Source: Squalus acanthias (taxonomy: Eukaryota). Taken from it: a stretch of DNA of 64,000 nucleotides. Of the stretch, positions 12,796 to 24,357 are shown piece by piece (within the stretch, counting starts at the first letter, position 1; the number at the start of each line of letters is the position of its first letter). The translations under genes and the position numbers were made by a program. The notes under the pieces were generated by a model. The model saw only the letters and a program-made list of their open reading frames with translations, did not search any database and was not told where the DNA came from. The DNA lies in assembly GCA_030390025.1 (NCBI GenBank), contig CM059433.1, positions 1,736,001 to 1,800,000 of the forward strand, given 5' to 3'.

Positions 12796-13616
12796 GGAGG
12801 TGATTTTGCCAATGGGGAGCTTTTGGAGGCGGGACTCCCACTTGTCGGGTTTCAGTCCCGCCTCCATCAGCTTCTGGCCAACCCACACTATTTTCCCTTG
12901 ATTGACCTTGTTAAGCCCGCCCAGCAGGTTTAGCAGGCCAATTAAGGGAAAGCCGGTTACAGAGAACGTCAACGTATGACCTTTCATCTGTCAAAAACTT
13001 TTGACAGATGAATTGTCATCGTTTGACAGCTCTGTGAAGCTGTCAAACACTGACATTCTCTGTAGTTTGATGAGGTCTTGAATTCAAGACCTCATCAAAC
13101 CTCTTTCTTTTGCAGAAATGAGATGGTTGTTGCATTGGAGAATGTAACGGTCATCTGTCATCTCTGCCGTGGAGGTCCGAGACTCTCCGCATCCCCACCG
13201 ACTGAAGCCTTCAGGAAGAAACAAAGGTAAGTACACTTTTACTAACACTTTGCACTTACCTCAGATACTCACCTCTCCACACTTGCACCCATCACTCACC
13301 TTCACAGCGCACTTTTGGACCCCCCCGACCCCCGCAGACCCACTGCTCGCCTCTTCGGGAAGCCCGCACTTGTGAGGGCAAAAAGGGGATAATCCTATTT
13401 TCTGCCTGTTTACTACCTGTTAACAGGCAATTAATAGGCTTTAATCCCTTCCCGCCTCCAAGGAGATGGGACCCGGCGCGGGTCGGCTACCCGCCTTCTG
13501 GCAAGATGGCATGGAGGCAGGTTGGGGACGGGATGGGCACCCGCCCCCAAATTCTGCCATTTTCCCGGCAGTCCCACCTCCAAACCCGCCTCCCCAGGGC
13601 TGACGAGATCGCGCCC
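12796..13616. mobile_element. Non-autonomous Harbinger-type MITE related to 1317-2905
   Basis: Degenerate TIRs (GGAGGTGATTTTG / CGAGATCGCGCCC), TSD CTT/GTT. Subterminal sequence and internal hairpins are shared with 1317-2905. Confidence 0.8.
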
Positions 13617-14828
13617 GTTAACTCTGTTTCTCTCTCCTCGATGCTGCCTGACCTGCTGAGTATTTCCAGCATTTTCTGTTGTTATTTTATGTTGTTCCTC
13701 TGTCCCGGAGTGCCAAACAAAGAATCCTCCTGACATTCATCTCCTGCAGCAGCACCTTCACATCCCCAGCAAACACAACAAGAAGTTTGGTTGCTGTGCA
13801 GCTCCATCACTTGCCCACAGACTCCATTTCCTACGCCAATATTGGCATTCACTAGTTTGGCTAGTAGTCACTTCTTTTACCGCATAGAGCCTTTGGAAAG
13901 AATGAAAGATCGTACCTGAAGTGAGTATCTCCCTTCAGATCTGCTGGCTCGGTGTTTCCCAATCTGAGCAAGCAAAAAGCCTGCGGCACCAAGAATGGAA
14001 AATTTTGTCTAATTTTGTCAGAAACATGAGCATTAAAACTGATGACAGTATCAAAAGTGGGATTTTGATACAAAAGTTTTGATAATATGTACTAGCTTTC
14101 TAAAAATGTACATCATAATGAGCATTCCGTTTCTGCTGCCAACTTTCTTTGACATAACTCTGGGGCAATGCCCTAAGTTGCTGTGCACTGTTACTATAAT
14201 CGCTCTGCTTCTTACTCTCGACAACAGGGCAGTGCTGCTCAACAAGAGGAGACTTGCACCAAGTGCAAATATTACAATTGTTTAGAATACAAGGTTGCTG
14301 TGACTTCACATTTGCTCAAAAATGAATCCACTGACATTACAAACTGGTGAGAACTGCTGAGAGGGGTCTTCGATCTTCCTGAGCTGTGAGCCTGTGATCT
14401 GCAGTAGAGATTCCAGTGAGCTGTGAAAACATCTGTTGTAAAAAGTGGTCTGTAATAATGAGGTTCCACTGTATCTATCCCCTCTGTGGCATCATCTGCA
14501 AAAGAAAAACAATCGCTCTAATCCCACTGTATTCTGCTCACAGTGTGTGGGAGAAGAGAATTAATCAGTCACGATACGAGAGTCCAAGAGCTGGGCGAAG
14601 GTGTAAATCACACTCAGGCTATCTCTGTCCTTTTAAAATATTATTTCAAGTGCCACCAGTCTCCAATTGTGTAATTAAACTATGTCTTAGCCAGTCAGCT
14701 GTCTTAAATTCAATATTTTATTGTGACTTATACTTTTTTGCAGCAGAAACACTGAGAATCATTGAGTGATGAGGTCAGGCTCTATTTCTGTGTGAGACAC
14801 ATTGCTGCTTCCACTATGTGTAAAAGCC

Positions 14829-15492
14829 CTTTTAAAGGGATAGGCATATTTTAAAGGGACAGGCGTATTTTACAGGGACGGGCTTATTTTAAAGGGACAG
14901 GCGTATTTTAAGGGGACAGGCTTATACCGGCATCTCCGCATTATTTTAAAGGGTTCGGCGTATTTTAAAGGGACAGGCTTATTTTAAAGGGACAGGCGTA
15001 TTTTACAGGGACAGGCTTATTTTAAAGGGACAGGCGTATTTTAAAGGGACGGGCTTATTTTAAAGGGACAGGCGTATTTTAAAGGGACAGGCATATTTTA
15101 AAGGGACAGGTGTATTTTAAAGGGACAGGCGTGTTTTAAAGGGACAGGTGTATTTTAAAGGGACAGGCTTATTTTAAAGGGACAGGCTTATTTTAAAGGG
15201 ACAGGCGTATTTTAAAGGGACAGGCTTATTTTAAAGGGACAGGCATATTTTAAAGGGACAGGCGTATTTTAAAGGGACAGGCGTATTTTAAAGGGACAGG
15301 TGTATTTTAAAGGGACAGGCGTATTTTAAGTGGACAGGCGTATTTTAAAGGGACAGGCGTGTTTTAAAGGGACAGGCGTATTTTAAAGGGACAGGCTTAT
15401 TTTAAAGGGACAGGTGTATTTTAAAGGGACAGGTGTATTTTAAAGGGATAGGCATATTTTAAAGGGACAGGCGAATTTTAAAGGGACAGGCT
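14829..15492. repeat. 19-bp minisatellite (ATTTTAAAGGGACAGGCGT)n, about 34 units
   Basis: Contiguous head-to-tail units with variants GCGT/GCTT/GCAT/GTGT and no spacers. Confidence 0.97.
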
Positions 15493-15859
15493 CATGATGT
15501 TAAGGGCAGTAATACGAGCACCTTCACATCAGCAATTTTCCAATTCTAAAAAACAAATATTTTTGTTTAATAGAACACAGTAAATGTTTGCTCTATGGCT
15601 GATACAGCATCTAAGATGTAAACTTACCAGAGCCAGAATGTAACGTAACAACTTTATAAACCAGTCGTTCTTGGTTTTTCCAAGAACTGAGTGGGCCTGA
15701 AAACCCCCGGAGCACCATGGGATGTGTTCAGCTCCTTGCAGCATTTTCCGATGTTAGGGGCACGTTGTAAATGCACGTTTGTGTTATTGCTGTGCTAAAC
15801 AGCTATTGGAGATTGCTGAACATTCACCAAAAGTGTCCAGTTAATGTGAAGTTATTATC

Positions 15860-16870
15860 AACCTTGATAGAAGCTTGTGGAATTAATGGTAATCTCTGGG
15901 GTGGATTGAGAATTGGCTGACCGCCACAGGCAGAAAGTTGTAGCCAATGGATTTGAATCATCTTGGAGAACACAGGGATCGGTGTTAGGACCTTTGCTAC
16001 TTACTATTTTCGTTCATGGTCTAGATGTAGATGTTGGGGAAATGATTTGCAAGTTTGTGGACGATACCAAGATATGTACCGAGTGCATTAGGGTAAGCCA
16101 TTTAGGACTGAGATGAGGAGGAATTTCTTCACCCAGAGAGTGGTGAACCTGTGGAATTCTCTACCACAGAAGACAGTTGAGTCAAATTCATTAAATATAT
16201 TCAAGAAGGAGTTAGATATATTTCTTAAGGCTAAGGGGATCAAGGGATATGGGGAGAAAGCAGGGACAGGGTACTGAGTTTGGATGATCAGCCATGATCT
16301 CATCGAATGGCGGAGCAGGCTTGAGGGGCCGAATGGCCTACTCCTGCTCCTATCTTCTATGTGTCTATGTTTAGAGGGTGCTTGACCTGCTCATATGCTT
16401 AAACCCACACTTTCCTAAGTTAAACACCATTTGCCAAACACGGGCCTCTACATGGCGGGGGATATTGAGGACCAGGCAAGAGTGCATCATTATTATTATA
16501 TGGAACTGACTAGATGAACCAGTTGGTCTTTTCCTGTACATCATTTTCATATGCTCATCTGTTGATGCATTAAAGAGGCTTTTCAGAAGAGCAACAGGGA
16601 TGGTTCAAGGATGTAGGGCTCTAAGTTGTCAAGAGAAACTTGCAACTGAACTTATTTTTATTACATAATAGAACACTGAGGGAAGATAAGATTCATTTTA
16701 AAATACTGAGAGGAATGGAAATTGCAGATTCAAGCAGACTATTTGAATTGGAATTTGAAGGCAGAGTTTGCAAGACATAAAATGAAGAAGCCCAAACAAA
16801 CTTTTGATTGGAGAGTTGTGGCTATGTGGAATAGACTCCCAGATAAAGCAGTAAGTACCGACCACATTTC
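15860..16870 (+). mobile_element. Old degraded CR1 RT remnants with a younger CR1 3' end inserted (about 16089-16370)
   Basis: QGSVLGPLL...KFVDDTK remnant. 16089-16370 closely matches the reverse complement of 4790-5070. Confidence 0.75.
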
Positions 16871-17534
16871 AAGTTAGTTAAGCTGCTGGGAACAACCTGA
16901 TATTGAACAAAAGGACACTTAGCAGATTCAGTACTGTTCCACCCATATTGACGACAGTCACGCCACACAGCTTCTATTTAAGGTGTCATAACTTTTGAGC
17001 TCCTGTGGCTCATCACCTAGGAACTTGTGCACCTTATGGTTGAAGACTAGTTTCTGCTTCCTGTTATTTTCTTTCGTATCACAGAAGCATTTTGACCTGC
17101 TGCGAGTGAAGAGAAATGCAACAACCCTGAAGATAATGTCCCCCACCAATTTCCTGGTGCATTGATTGGGAGGAGGCAATTGTATATTTTGTGATTTGTT
17201 TGCTCTGCATAATCAGCTTTTCAATTAAAGGTCCTAATGGCCAACACCAAGAAAATCAACTCCTTAGTGATTTAGCCGATGGCATGTTGATGCATTCATT
17301 TCCACTTTGGAGGAAATCCCCTTGGTCATTATCGTGGCCCAGATTCAGTTAAGGTACAATCAAGAAGGTTGTTAAAAATAAACCGATCTAACCCAATCTC
17401 ACCCAAGGGTGCCCTGTCCTTCTCCCAACAGTGTAGTTCAATTTCACTTCCCCAGCGTACTGTCAGCTCAGCTCAATGGTAGCACTCTTGTTTATATGGA
17501 ACATCAAGTAGTTAAAAGAAACCATGGGCATTGT

Positions 17535-17620
17535 CCCCCGTTGGCTCAGTGAGCAGCTGATCAAAAAGGTCCCAGGTTTGTTCGTGGTCTGGGCTGAATT
17601 AGTTCATTTCAGTTGAGGTG
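17535..17620 (+). mobile_element. Possible degenerate tRNA-derived SINE head
   Basis: A-box-like TGGCTCAGTGAG followed by AAGGTCCCAGGTTTG (B-box-like). Confidence 0.3.
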
Positions 17621-19405
17621 GCCTCAGCAGTTCGTTTTGCTTCAATCGTCCTCAGCAGTTCTAGGTTAGGAAGGGGGACATCAGGTAGAGTTTCCTCTTA
17701 CTGATCACGAGCTGGAGGTATTGGAAGGCAACTGGTGCCTTTGGAACTTTATACCAGAAAGAAGGGAGGGGAAGGAAGAAAAATAAACAGCTGCACACGC
17801 CAATGTTATTTAGAAACTGGTCATTTGTTTTTCAGTTCACATCAAAGCTGGAAAGTAAATCATGCCTTGTTAGTTGCCGAATAGAATTTTCCAGTCCTGG
17901 CTCTACCCTGTATTTATGTAGCACTTGCCAAAAATATAGCCAATCAGCACTTTTGTTGTCAAATAATTTAATTGTTCAAAGTAGGACTGAGTGAAACCTG
18001 TGACAAGACAAGAGAAATCCCAGTATCACTCCAAAAAAAACAACTTTTGAAGAACAAAATTCTTTACAAATATTATTACAGTGTTGTTTTAACAAACACT
18101 TTACAACTGTCTCGAAAATATTTGCAAAGCAGGGCACGTTTAGATCTAAATGCATTGAGTAAAAAAGAGATAAAAGGCATCTTTGCTAGTTAAAATTGGA
18201 TCTGAGTTAACGTGACTGGCAGACCAAGATGAAAGGAAATCAGTTCAGGCACCATGGTTTTGATGCAGTCCCTCACAACATGAAAGTGATAGTACTTCCT
18301 AAGCCTTCGAAAGGCCTTTTTTCAAGTGTCACTTGTTAAAATATGGGTGCGGTAGATTATGACAAGCAGATAAATTAAAAATTGGAGACATCAAGAAGCA
18401 TTCCTTTAAACTCAATGTCAAAATATATTCCTTGTGGGATTCGTTCCAAATACAACAGAAACTGCAGTCTGTTAGCATTGTTGGATGCTGTACTTCCTGT
18501 GAGCTTCTTTTATTGTTGATAATTAGTGCTGCTCTTCTTATATAAATGGAAATTACATCAAACTTTGGCTTCTGGAAAATGGCAGGAAATGAAGGTCTGT
18601 ACTGGACACTGCCACTTCCTGTCTGTACAGGAAGGCTGCACAGAAATGATCCTTTCGGGAGCTGTCCGAGGCAAGAAGCTTGCATCTGGATCCTCTTGCA
18701 CTAAAACCCAAGCAATGTTTGCAGAAATGTGTTATTGGGTTTCAAAACATTTTTAAAACCAGGATATCCCTCCCATGACACAGGAATTTGGAGCAGGAAA
18801 AGGGAAAGGTGTCCATAGCTTTACAGCTGAGAAACCGGGAAGTGACTAGAATGGGGTTGATTCCCTTCCAATGATAATCACAAAATACTATGTAAGTGAG
18901 ACTTCCAAATTGATGTGATGGTCTCTCTCTCTCTCTCTCTAAGGAATCTCTCAGTTTCCAATCCGTTCCATTCCAACTCAATCCAATACTCAGTTTCCAA
19001 TCCATTCCTTTCCAATCCAACTCTTGGGGTCTTTCTGTTTTGGGATCATTCTTGGGATTTTCCTCTCAGCAATCTTTCTCGCTGTTAAGTGTCTTGTTGT
19101 TGGGTCCCTCACTGCACATCTCACTGTGGGGGGCTCTCTGTGTTAGGGTCTTTCTCTCAGGGTCTCCCCCTCTCGGATCCCCTCTTTCAAAGACAGTTAG
19201 CTGCATGATGATATAGGCTGCACACTGTCTGGGATCAGCATAAAGAATGGCTGCTCAGACAAGTCACGTTAAATCAGCCGGCACCTGGGGAACTGCACTC
19301 TTTCGATATCTCTTCCGGCACATGAGAATGCTATTGATAAAAAAATAATTATTGCACTTATCACATCAAAATGCCCCAAAACACTTCATGCATCTAGTCA
19401 CTGTT

Positions 19406-21913
19406 AGAACATAAGAACATAAGAACATAAGAAATAGGAGCAGGAGTAGGCCAATCGGCCCCTCGAGCCTGCTCCGCCATTCAATAAGATCATGGCTGAT
19501 CTGATCCTAACCGCCAATCTACTATCTATCACAGAACCATCTCCTGCATCTAACAGAATTGCACACACGAAATAGGAGCAGAATCAGGCTACACAGTCCC
19601 TGGGCCCGCTCCACTACCCACAGGGCCATGACCGATCCGAACCTAGACTCATGTCCAAATTCCTGCCCGCTCCCCGTAACCCTTAATGCCCTTTACTTCT
19701 AGGAAACTGTCTATTTCTGTTTTAAATTTAATTAATGTTGTAGCTTCTACAGCTTTTTGTGGCAGCATATTCCATGGACCTACCACCCTCTGAGTGAAGT
19801 AGTTCCTCCTCATCTCAGTTTTGAAAGAGCAGCCCCTTATTCTAAGACTATGTCCCCTAGTTCTCGTCTCACCCGTCATCGGGAACATCCTCCCCGCATC
19901 CACCCGATCCAACCCCTTCACAATCTTATATGTTTCAATAAGATCGCCTCTCATTCTTCTGAACTCCAATGAGTAGAGTCCCAATCTACCCAACCTCTCC
20001 TCATATGACCACCCCCTCATCCCCGGGATTAACCGAGTGAACCTTTTTTGCACTGCCTCGAGAGCAAGGATGTCTTTCCTTAAGTAAGGACACCAAAACT
20101 GTATGCAGTATTCCAGGTGCGGTCTCACCAATACCTTGTACAACTGAAGCAATACCTCCCTATTTTTATATTCTATGCCCCTAGCAATGAAAGCCAACAT
20201 TCCATTTGCCTTCTTAATCACTTGCTGCACCTGCATACTAACCTTTTGAGTTTCGTGCACCAGGACCCCCAGATCCCTTTGCACTTCAGTACTCTCCAGT
20301 TTCTTGCCATTAAGATAATAAATTGCTCTAGGATTTTTCCTGCCAAAGTGCATCACCTCACACTTTCCAGTGTTGTATTCCATCTGCCAAATCTCTGCCC
20401 ACTTACTTAGCCTGTCTATGTCCCCTTGCAGGTTTTTTATGTCCTCCTCACTCACTACTTTCCCTCCCATCTTTGTATCATCTGCAAATTTTGATATGTT
20501 ACACTTGGTCCCTTCCTCCAAATCGTTAATATAGATTGTGAAGAGTTGGGGACCCAGCACTGACCCCTGTGGAACACCACTAGTTACTGATTGCCAGTCT
20601 GAGAATGAACCATTTATCCCAACTCTTTGCTTTCTGTTAGATAGCCAATCCTCTATCCATGCCAGAATATTACCCCCAATCCCGTGATTTTTTACCTTAA
20701 GCAATAATCTTTTGTGTGGCACCTTGTCAAATGCCTTTTGGAAGTCTAAATACACTACGTCCACTGGTTCCCCTTTATCCACTCTATATGTTACTTCCTC
20801 AAAGAACTCCAGCAAATTTGTCAAACATGACTTCCCCTTCGTAAAACCATGCTGACTTTGTCCTATTAAATTATGATTATCCAAATGTCCTGTTACTGTT
20901 TCCTTAATAATGGACTCCAAAATTTTACCTACCACAGATGTTAGGCTAACCGGTCTATAGTTACCAGCCTTCTGTCTACTGCCCTTTTTAAATAAGGGTG
21001 TTACATTAGCAGTTTTCCAGTCTGCCGGGACCTTAGCGGAATCCAGGGAGTTTTGAAAAATTATTACCAATGCATCTACAATCCCTACCGCCACTTCCTT
21101 CAAGACTCTAGGATGTAAGCCATCAGGTCCAGGTGATTTATCCGCCTTGAGTCCCATTATTTTACCGAGTACCACTTCCTTAGTGATTTTGATCGTGTTT
21201 AGCTCCTCTCCCCCTATAGCCCCCTGTTTGTCCAGTGTTGGGATATTCTTAGTGTCCTCTACTGTAAAGACTGATACAAAATATTCATTCAGTGTTTTTG
21301 CCATCTCCATATTTCCCACCATTAATTTCCCGGTCTCATCCTCTAAGGGACCAACATTTACTTTAGCCACCCTTTTTCTTTTTATATAACTATAAAAACT
21401 CTTACTATCTGTTTTTATATTTTTTGCTAATTTACTTTCATAATCTATCTTCCCTTTCTTAATCAATCTTTTTGTTATTTTTTGCTGCCTTTTAAAGTTT
21501 TCCCAATCCTCTGTCCTCCCACTAGATTTCGCTACCTTATATGCCCTTGTTTTTAGTCGAATACTATCCTTAATTTCTTTACTTAGCCACGGATGACTGT
21601 CCTTTCTTTTACACCCTTTTCTTTTCAGTGGAATATATTTTTTTTGGAAGTTGTAAAATAACTCCTTGAATGTACACCACTGATCATGTGTCGTCTTACC
21701 CTTTAATCTATTTTCCCAATCCACTCTACTCAATTCCGCTCGCATACCTTCATAGTCTCCTTTATTCAAGCTTAGCACGCTTGTTTGAGATCCAACCTTC
21801 TCACCCTCTAATTGAATATGGAATTCAACCATGTTATGGTCACTCATTCCAAGGGGATCCTTTACTAGGACATTTTTAATTAATCCTGTCTCGTTACACA
21901 GGACCAGATCTAA
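19406..21913 (-). mobile_element. 5'-truncated CR1 LINE with uninterrupted ORF2 remainder
   Basis: About 755 stop-free codons (19649-21913) from APE C-terminus SDHN through the complete RT. Tail (TTCTTATGT)n. Inserted into a DeuSINE. Confidence 0.97.
19649..21913 (-). CDS. CR1 ORF2 reverse transcriptase reading frame, lacking its native N-terminus
   Basis: Part of the 777-aa ORF with all RT motifs intact. The first ~23 predicted residues derive from the flanking SINE. Confidence 0.8.
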   Translation of the reverse strand, partial: LDLVLCNETGLIKNVLVKDPLGMSDHNMVEFHIQLEGEKVGSQTSVLSLNKGDYEGMRAELSRVDWENRLKGKTTHDQWCTFKELFYNFQKKYIPLKRKGCKRKDSHPWLSKEIKDSIRLKTRAYKVAKSSGRTEDWENFKRQQKITKRLIKKGKIDYESKLAKNIKTDSKSFYSYIKRKRVAKVNVGPLEDETGKLMVGNMEMAKTLNEYFVSVFTVEDTKNIPTLDKQGAIGGEELNTIKITKEVVLGKIMGLKADKSPGPDGLHPRVLKEVAVGIVDALVIIFQNSLDSAKVPADWKTANVTPLFKKGSRQKAGNYRPVSLTSVVGKILESIIKETVTGHLDNHNLIGQSQHGFTKGKSCLTNLLEFFEEVTYRVDKGEPVDVVYLDFQKAFDKVPHKRLLLKVKNHGIGGNILAWIEDWLSNRKQRVGINGSFSDWQSVTSGVPQGSVLGPQLFTIYINDLEEGTKCNISKFADDTKMGGKVVSEEDIKNLQGDIDRLSKWAEIWQMEYNTGKCEVMHFGRKNPRAIYYLNGKKLESTEVQRDLGVLVHETQKVSMQVQQVIKKANGMLAFIARGIEYKNREVLLQLYKVLVRPHLEYCIQFWCPYLRKDILALEAVQKRFTRLIPGMRGWSYEERLGRLGLYSLEFRRMRGDLIETYKIVKGLDRVDAGRMFPMTGETRTRGHSLRIRGCSFKTEMRRNYFTQRVVGPWNMLPQKAVEATTLIKFKTEIDSFLEVKGIKGYGERAGIWT

Positions 21914-22120
21914 GCGTGCAGTGACTATTGTTATGTAGGTACAGGTGACAGCCATTCCGTACCAGCAGCATCTCACAAACATGAAATGAGATGAATGACC
22001 TGTTCATTTGTTTTTTTGATGATCCTGACTGAGTGAGGAATGTTGGCCAGGACACCGGGAGAACTCCCAACCCCTCACTGAATAATCCCATGGGATGCTT
22101 AATGTCCACCTGAACAGGCA
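21914..22120 (-). mobile_element. Degenerate DeuSINE central domain
   Basis: Reverse complement resembles 4070-4275. Its tail probably continues at 19340-19405. Confidence 0.7.
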
Positions 22121-22386
22121 GATAAGTTTTGCAGCTGATCTGAAGGATGGATGTTACATTAATGATGAAACTGGATCATCACAATACATTGTGCACAATT
22201 GCCATCAACATTTTTAAGACAGAATATCTTGATTATGTTATTAGAACAGTGAAACCCAATAATGTTGCTTTTCTTAAAAACAGGATACTTTGGGCCTGAA
22301 AATCCAATGATTTGGAAGGACATAAACCCAGTAGATTTAACAGGTGGGGCGGGGCCGGGGAGTGTGGGATCAGAACTTGGAACTTA

Positions 22387-22547
22387 GGGAATAAATTTCC
22401 CCGGGAGCTTTCCCGCTCTTCCACTGTAAATTCAGGGGAAGAGCCGCGGAAACCCTGAAAAATGGTGTAAACGGTGAACACAGTCTTTCCGGGATTTTTG
22501 TAACTCTCTGCTGAAGTTATGATGGGCGTCGGGAGGAATTCACTCTC
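22387..22547. mobile_element. Short Tourist/Harbinger-like MITE (161 bp)
   Basis: TSD TTA/TTA, imperfect TIRs GGGAATAAATTTCCCC / GGAGGAATTCACTCTC, loosely palindromic body. Confidence 0.6.
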
Positions 22548-23279
22548 TTAGAGATGATATACTGGTTTCCAAAACTTTGAAGTTCGACCCTAAATTCTGC
22601 TGGAGGTGAAGGTGAGTGTAAGATAAGTCAACCCTAGCTAAGATACAACAATGCAAATGTTGGATTTAGTCTAGAATGATTAGGTCCTAAATTTCAACAT
22701 TTACACCCTATGATCTGCCAATCTAACTGATACCGACCGCTATAAAACTCAGGTCAGCAGCTGATGCTGGTATCTTAAAGGTAAATAACTGTGTTTCATT
22801 GTGCTATTAGGTAGAGGCTTATAAGTTTACTTTGGATCATTTTTTGTCAATGTTTTTTTGGCTCTTTATCTTGGAGGTCTCTAGTTTCATTTGGAAGTCT
22901 TCCTTGAGACTGTTTCTTGTTTGGGAAATGTTCCTATAATGAAGGGGATGACTGCAAAATGTTTCTTCCCATGGGCATTTCCCTCTTTATCATTTATCAT
23001 TTATTTGTTGGAGGAGGAAGAGGAGGAGGAACAGAAGGCAACTCGGGGAGCAAGACTTATAATGCAGCCCCGCTGAAGATCCACAGCCCTGGCAGATACC
23101 CAGCAACCAGGGCATATAGCTCCAAAAGGTCACTCCTAAATATATCATTGAGTTATGTGTCAGGAGGCCTTAGTTCTGTGGGACGTGTGCAGAAATTCCT
23201 TGGACCGCCACTCATAACTTTCTGATAGTGCGCAAAGGATGACATTGGACTCTACCTCCATCCCTGCCATCGCTACACA

Positions 23280-24357
23280 TCTTTACTCCATATCCCTTAA
23301 TCCCCTTGGCTAGCAAAAATATATCGATCTCAGATTTAAAATAATTAATTGAGCTAGCAACAACAACAACTACTTGCATTTATATAGCACCTTTAACGTA
23401 GCAAACCCACATTACAACAGTGACTCCACTTCAAAAGTACTTCATTGGCTGTAAAGTGCTTTGAGATGTCCAGTGGTCGTGAAAGGCGCTATAGAAATGT
23501 AAGTCTTTCTTTCTTTCAAAACATCCCTAGGTGCTTCACAGGAGCGTTATCAATCAAAATTTGAAATTGAGCCACAGAAGGAGATAACAGGACAGATGAC
23601 CAAAAGCTTGGTCAAATTAGTAGGTTTAAGGAGCATCTTCAAAGATGTGAGAGAGGTGGAGAGGTTTAGGGAAGGAATTCCAGAGCTTAGGGCCTAGGCA
23701 GCTGAAAGCACGGCCGCCAATGGTGCAGGAATTAAAATTGGGGATGCGCAAGATGCCAGAATAGGAGGAATACAGATATCTCGGGGGGTTGTGGCGCTGG
23801 AAGAGATTTCAGAGATAGGGAGGGGCGAGGCCATGGAGGGATTTGAAGACAAGGATTAGAATTTCAAAATTGAGGTGTTGTCGGGCTGGGAGCCAGTGTA
23901 GGTCAGTGAGCACAGAGGTGATTTTTGTGGGAGAGAGTTCCACACTTCTACCACCCTTTGTGTGAAGAAGTGTTTCCTATCTTCTCTCCTGAATGGCCGG
24001 GCTCTGATTCTAAGATTATACCCCCTTGTCCTTGACTCCCTCACCAGCAGAAAAAGTTTCTCTCTCTCTACCCTATCAATTCCTTTCAAAATCCTAAAAA
24101 CCTTAATCAAATTCCAGGGAATACAAGCCTAGTTTATGTAATCTCTCCTCATAGTCTAACCCTTGGAGCCCTGGTAACATTTTGGTGAATCTGCGCTGCA
24201 CTCCCTCCAAGGCCAATATATACTTTCTAAGGTGTGGTGCCCAGACTGTACACAGTACTCCAGCTGTGGTCTAACCAGGGCTTTGTAAAGCTGTAACAAG
24301 ATTTCCTCCCCTTTATATTCTAGCCCTCTAGTTATATACGCTAACATTCCATTAGCC
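23280..24357 (-). mobile_element. CR1 3' fragment interrupted by an L2 fragment
   Basis: ORF2 C-terminal peptides (LLQLYKALVRPQLEYCVQ; FFTQRVVEVWNSLPQK) at 23920-24357, continuing at about 23280-23357. Confidence 0.85.
23359..23919 (-). mobile_element. L2 LINE 3' fragment containing a + strand DeuSINE tail (about 23405-23517)
   Basis: Reverse complement matches 25680-26130, with (CAA)n tail. 23405-23517 matches 4252-4370. Confidence 0.75.

Larger units (their letters stand above)
12689..13690 (+). mobile_element. Penelope-like element pLTR fragment, split by the MITE at 12796-13616
   Basis: Joined sequence CTGACGAAGGGTCCCCGACCTGAAAC|GTTAACTCTGTTTCTCTC...GATGCTGCCTGACCTGCTGAGTATTTCCAGCATTTTCTG resembles common fish/shark Penelope-type LTR ends and contains a hammerhead core. 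Confidence 0.7.

Noticed and set aside
14829..15492. CRISPR array
   Set aside because: Units are contiguous with no unique spacers, there are no cas genes, and the context is vertebrate.
19649..21982. Retron, DGR or group II intron reverse transcriptase system
   Set aside because: Motifs, adjacent APE domain and 3' microsatellite tail identify a CR1 non-LTR retrotransposon.
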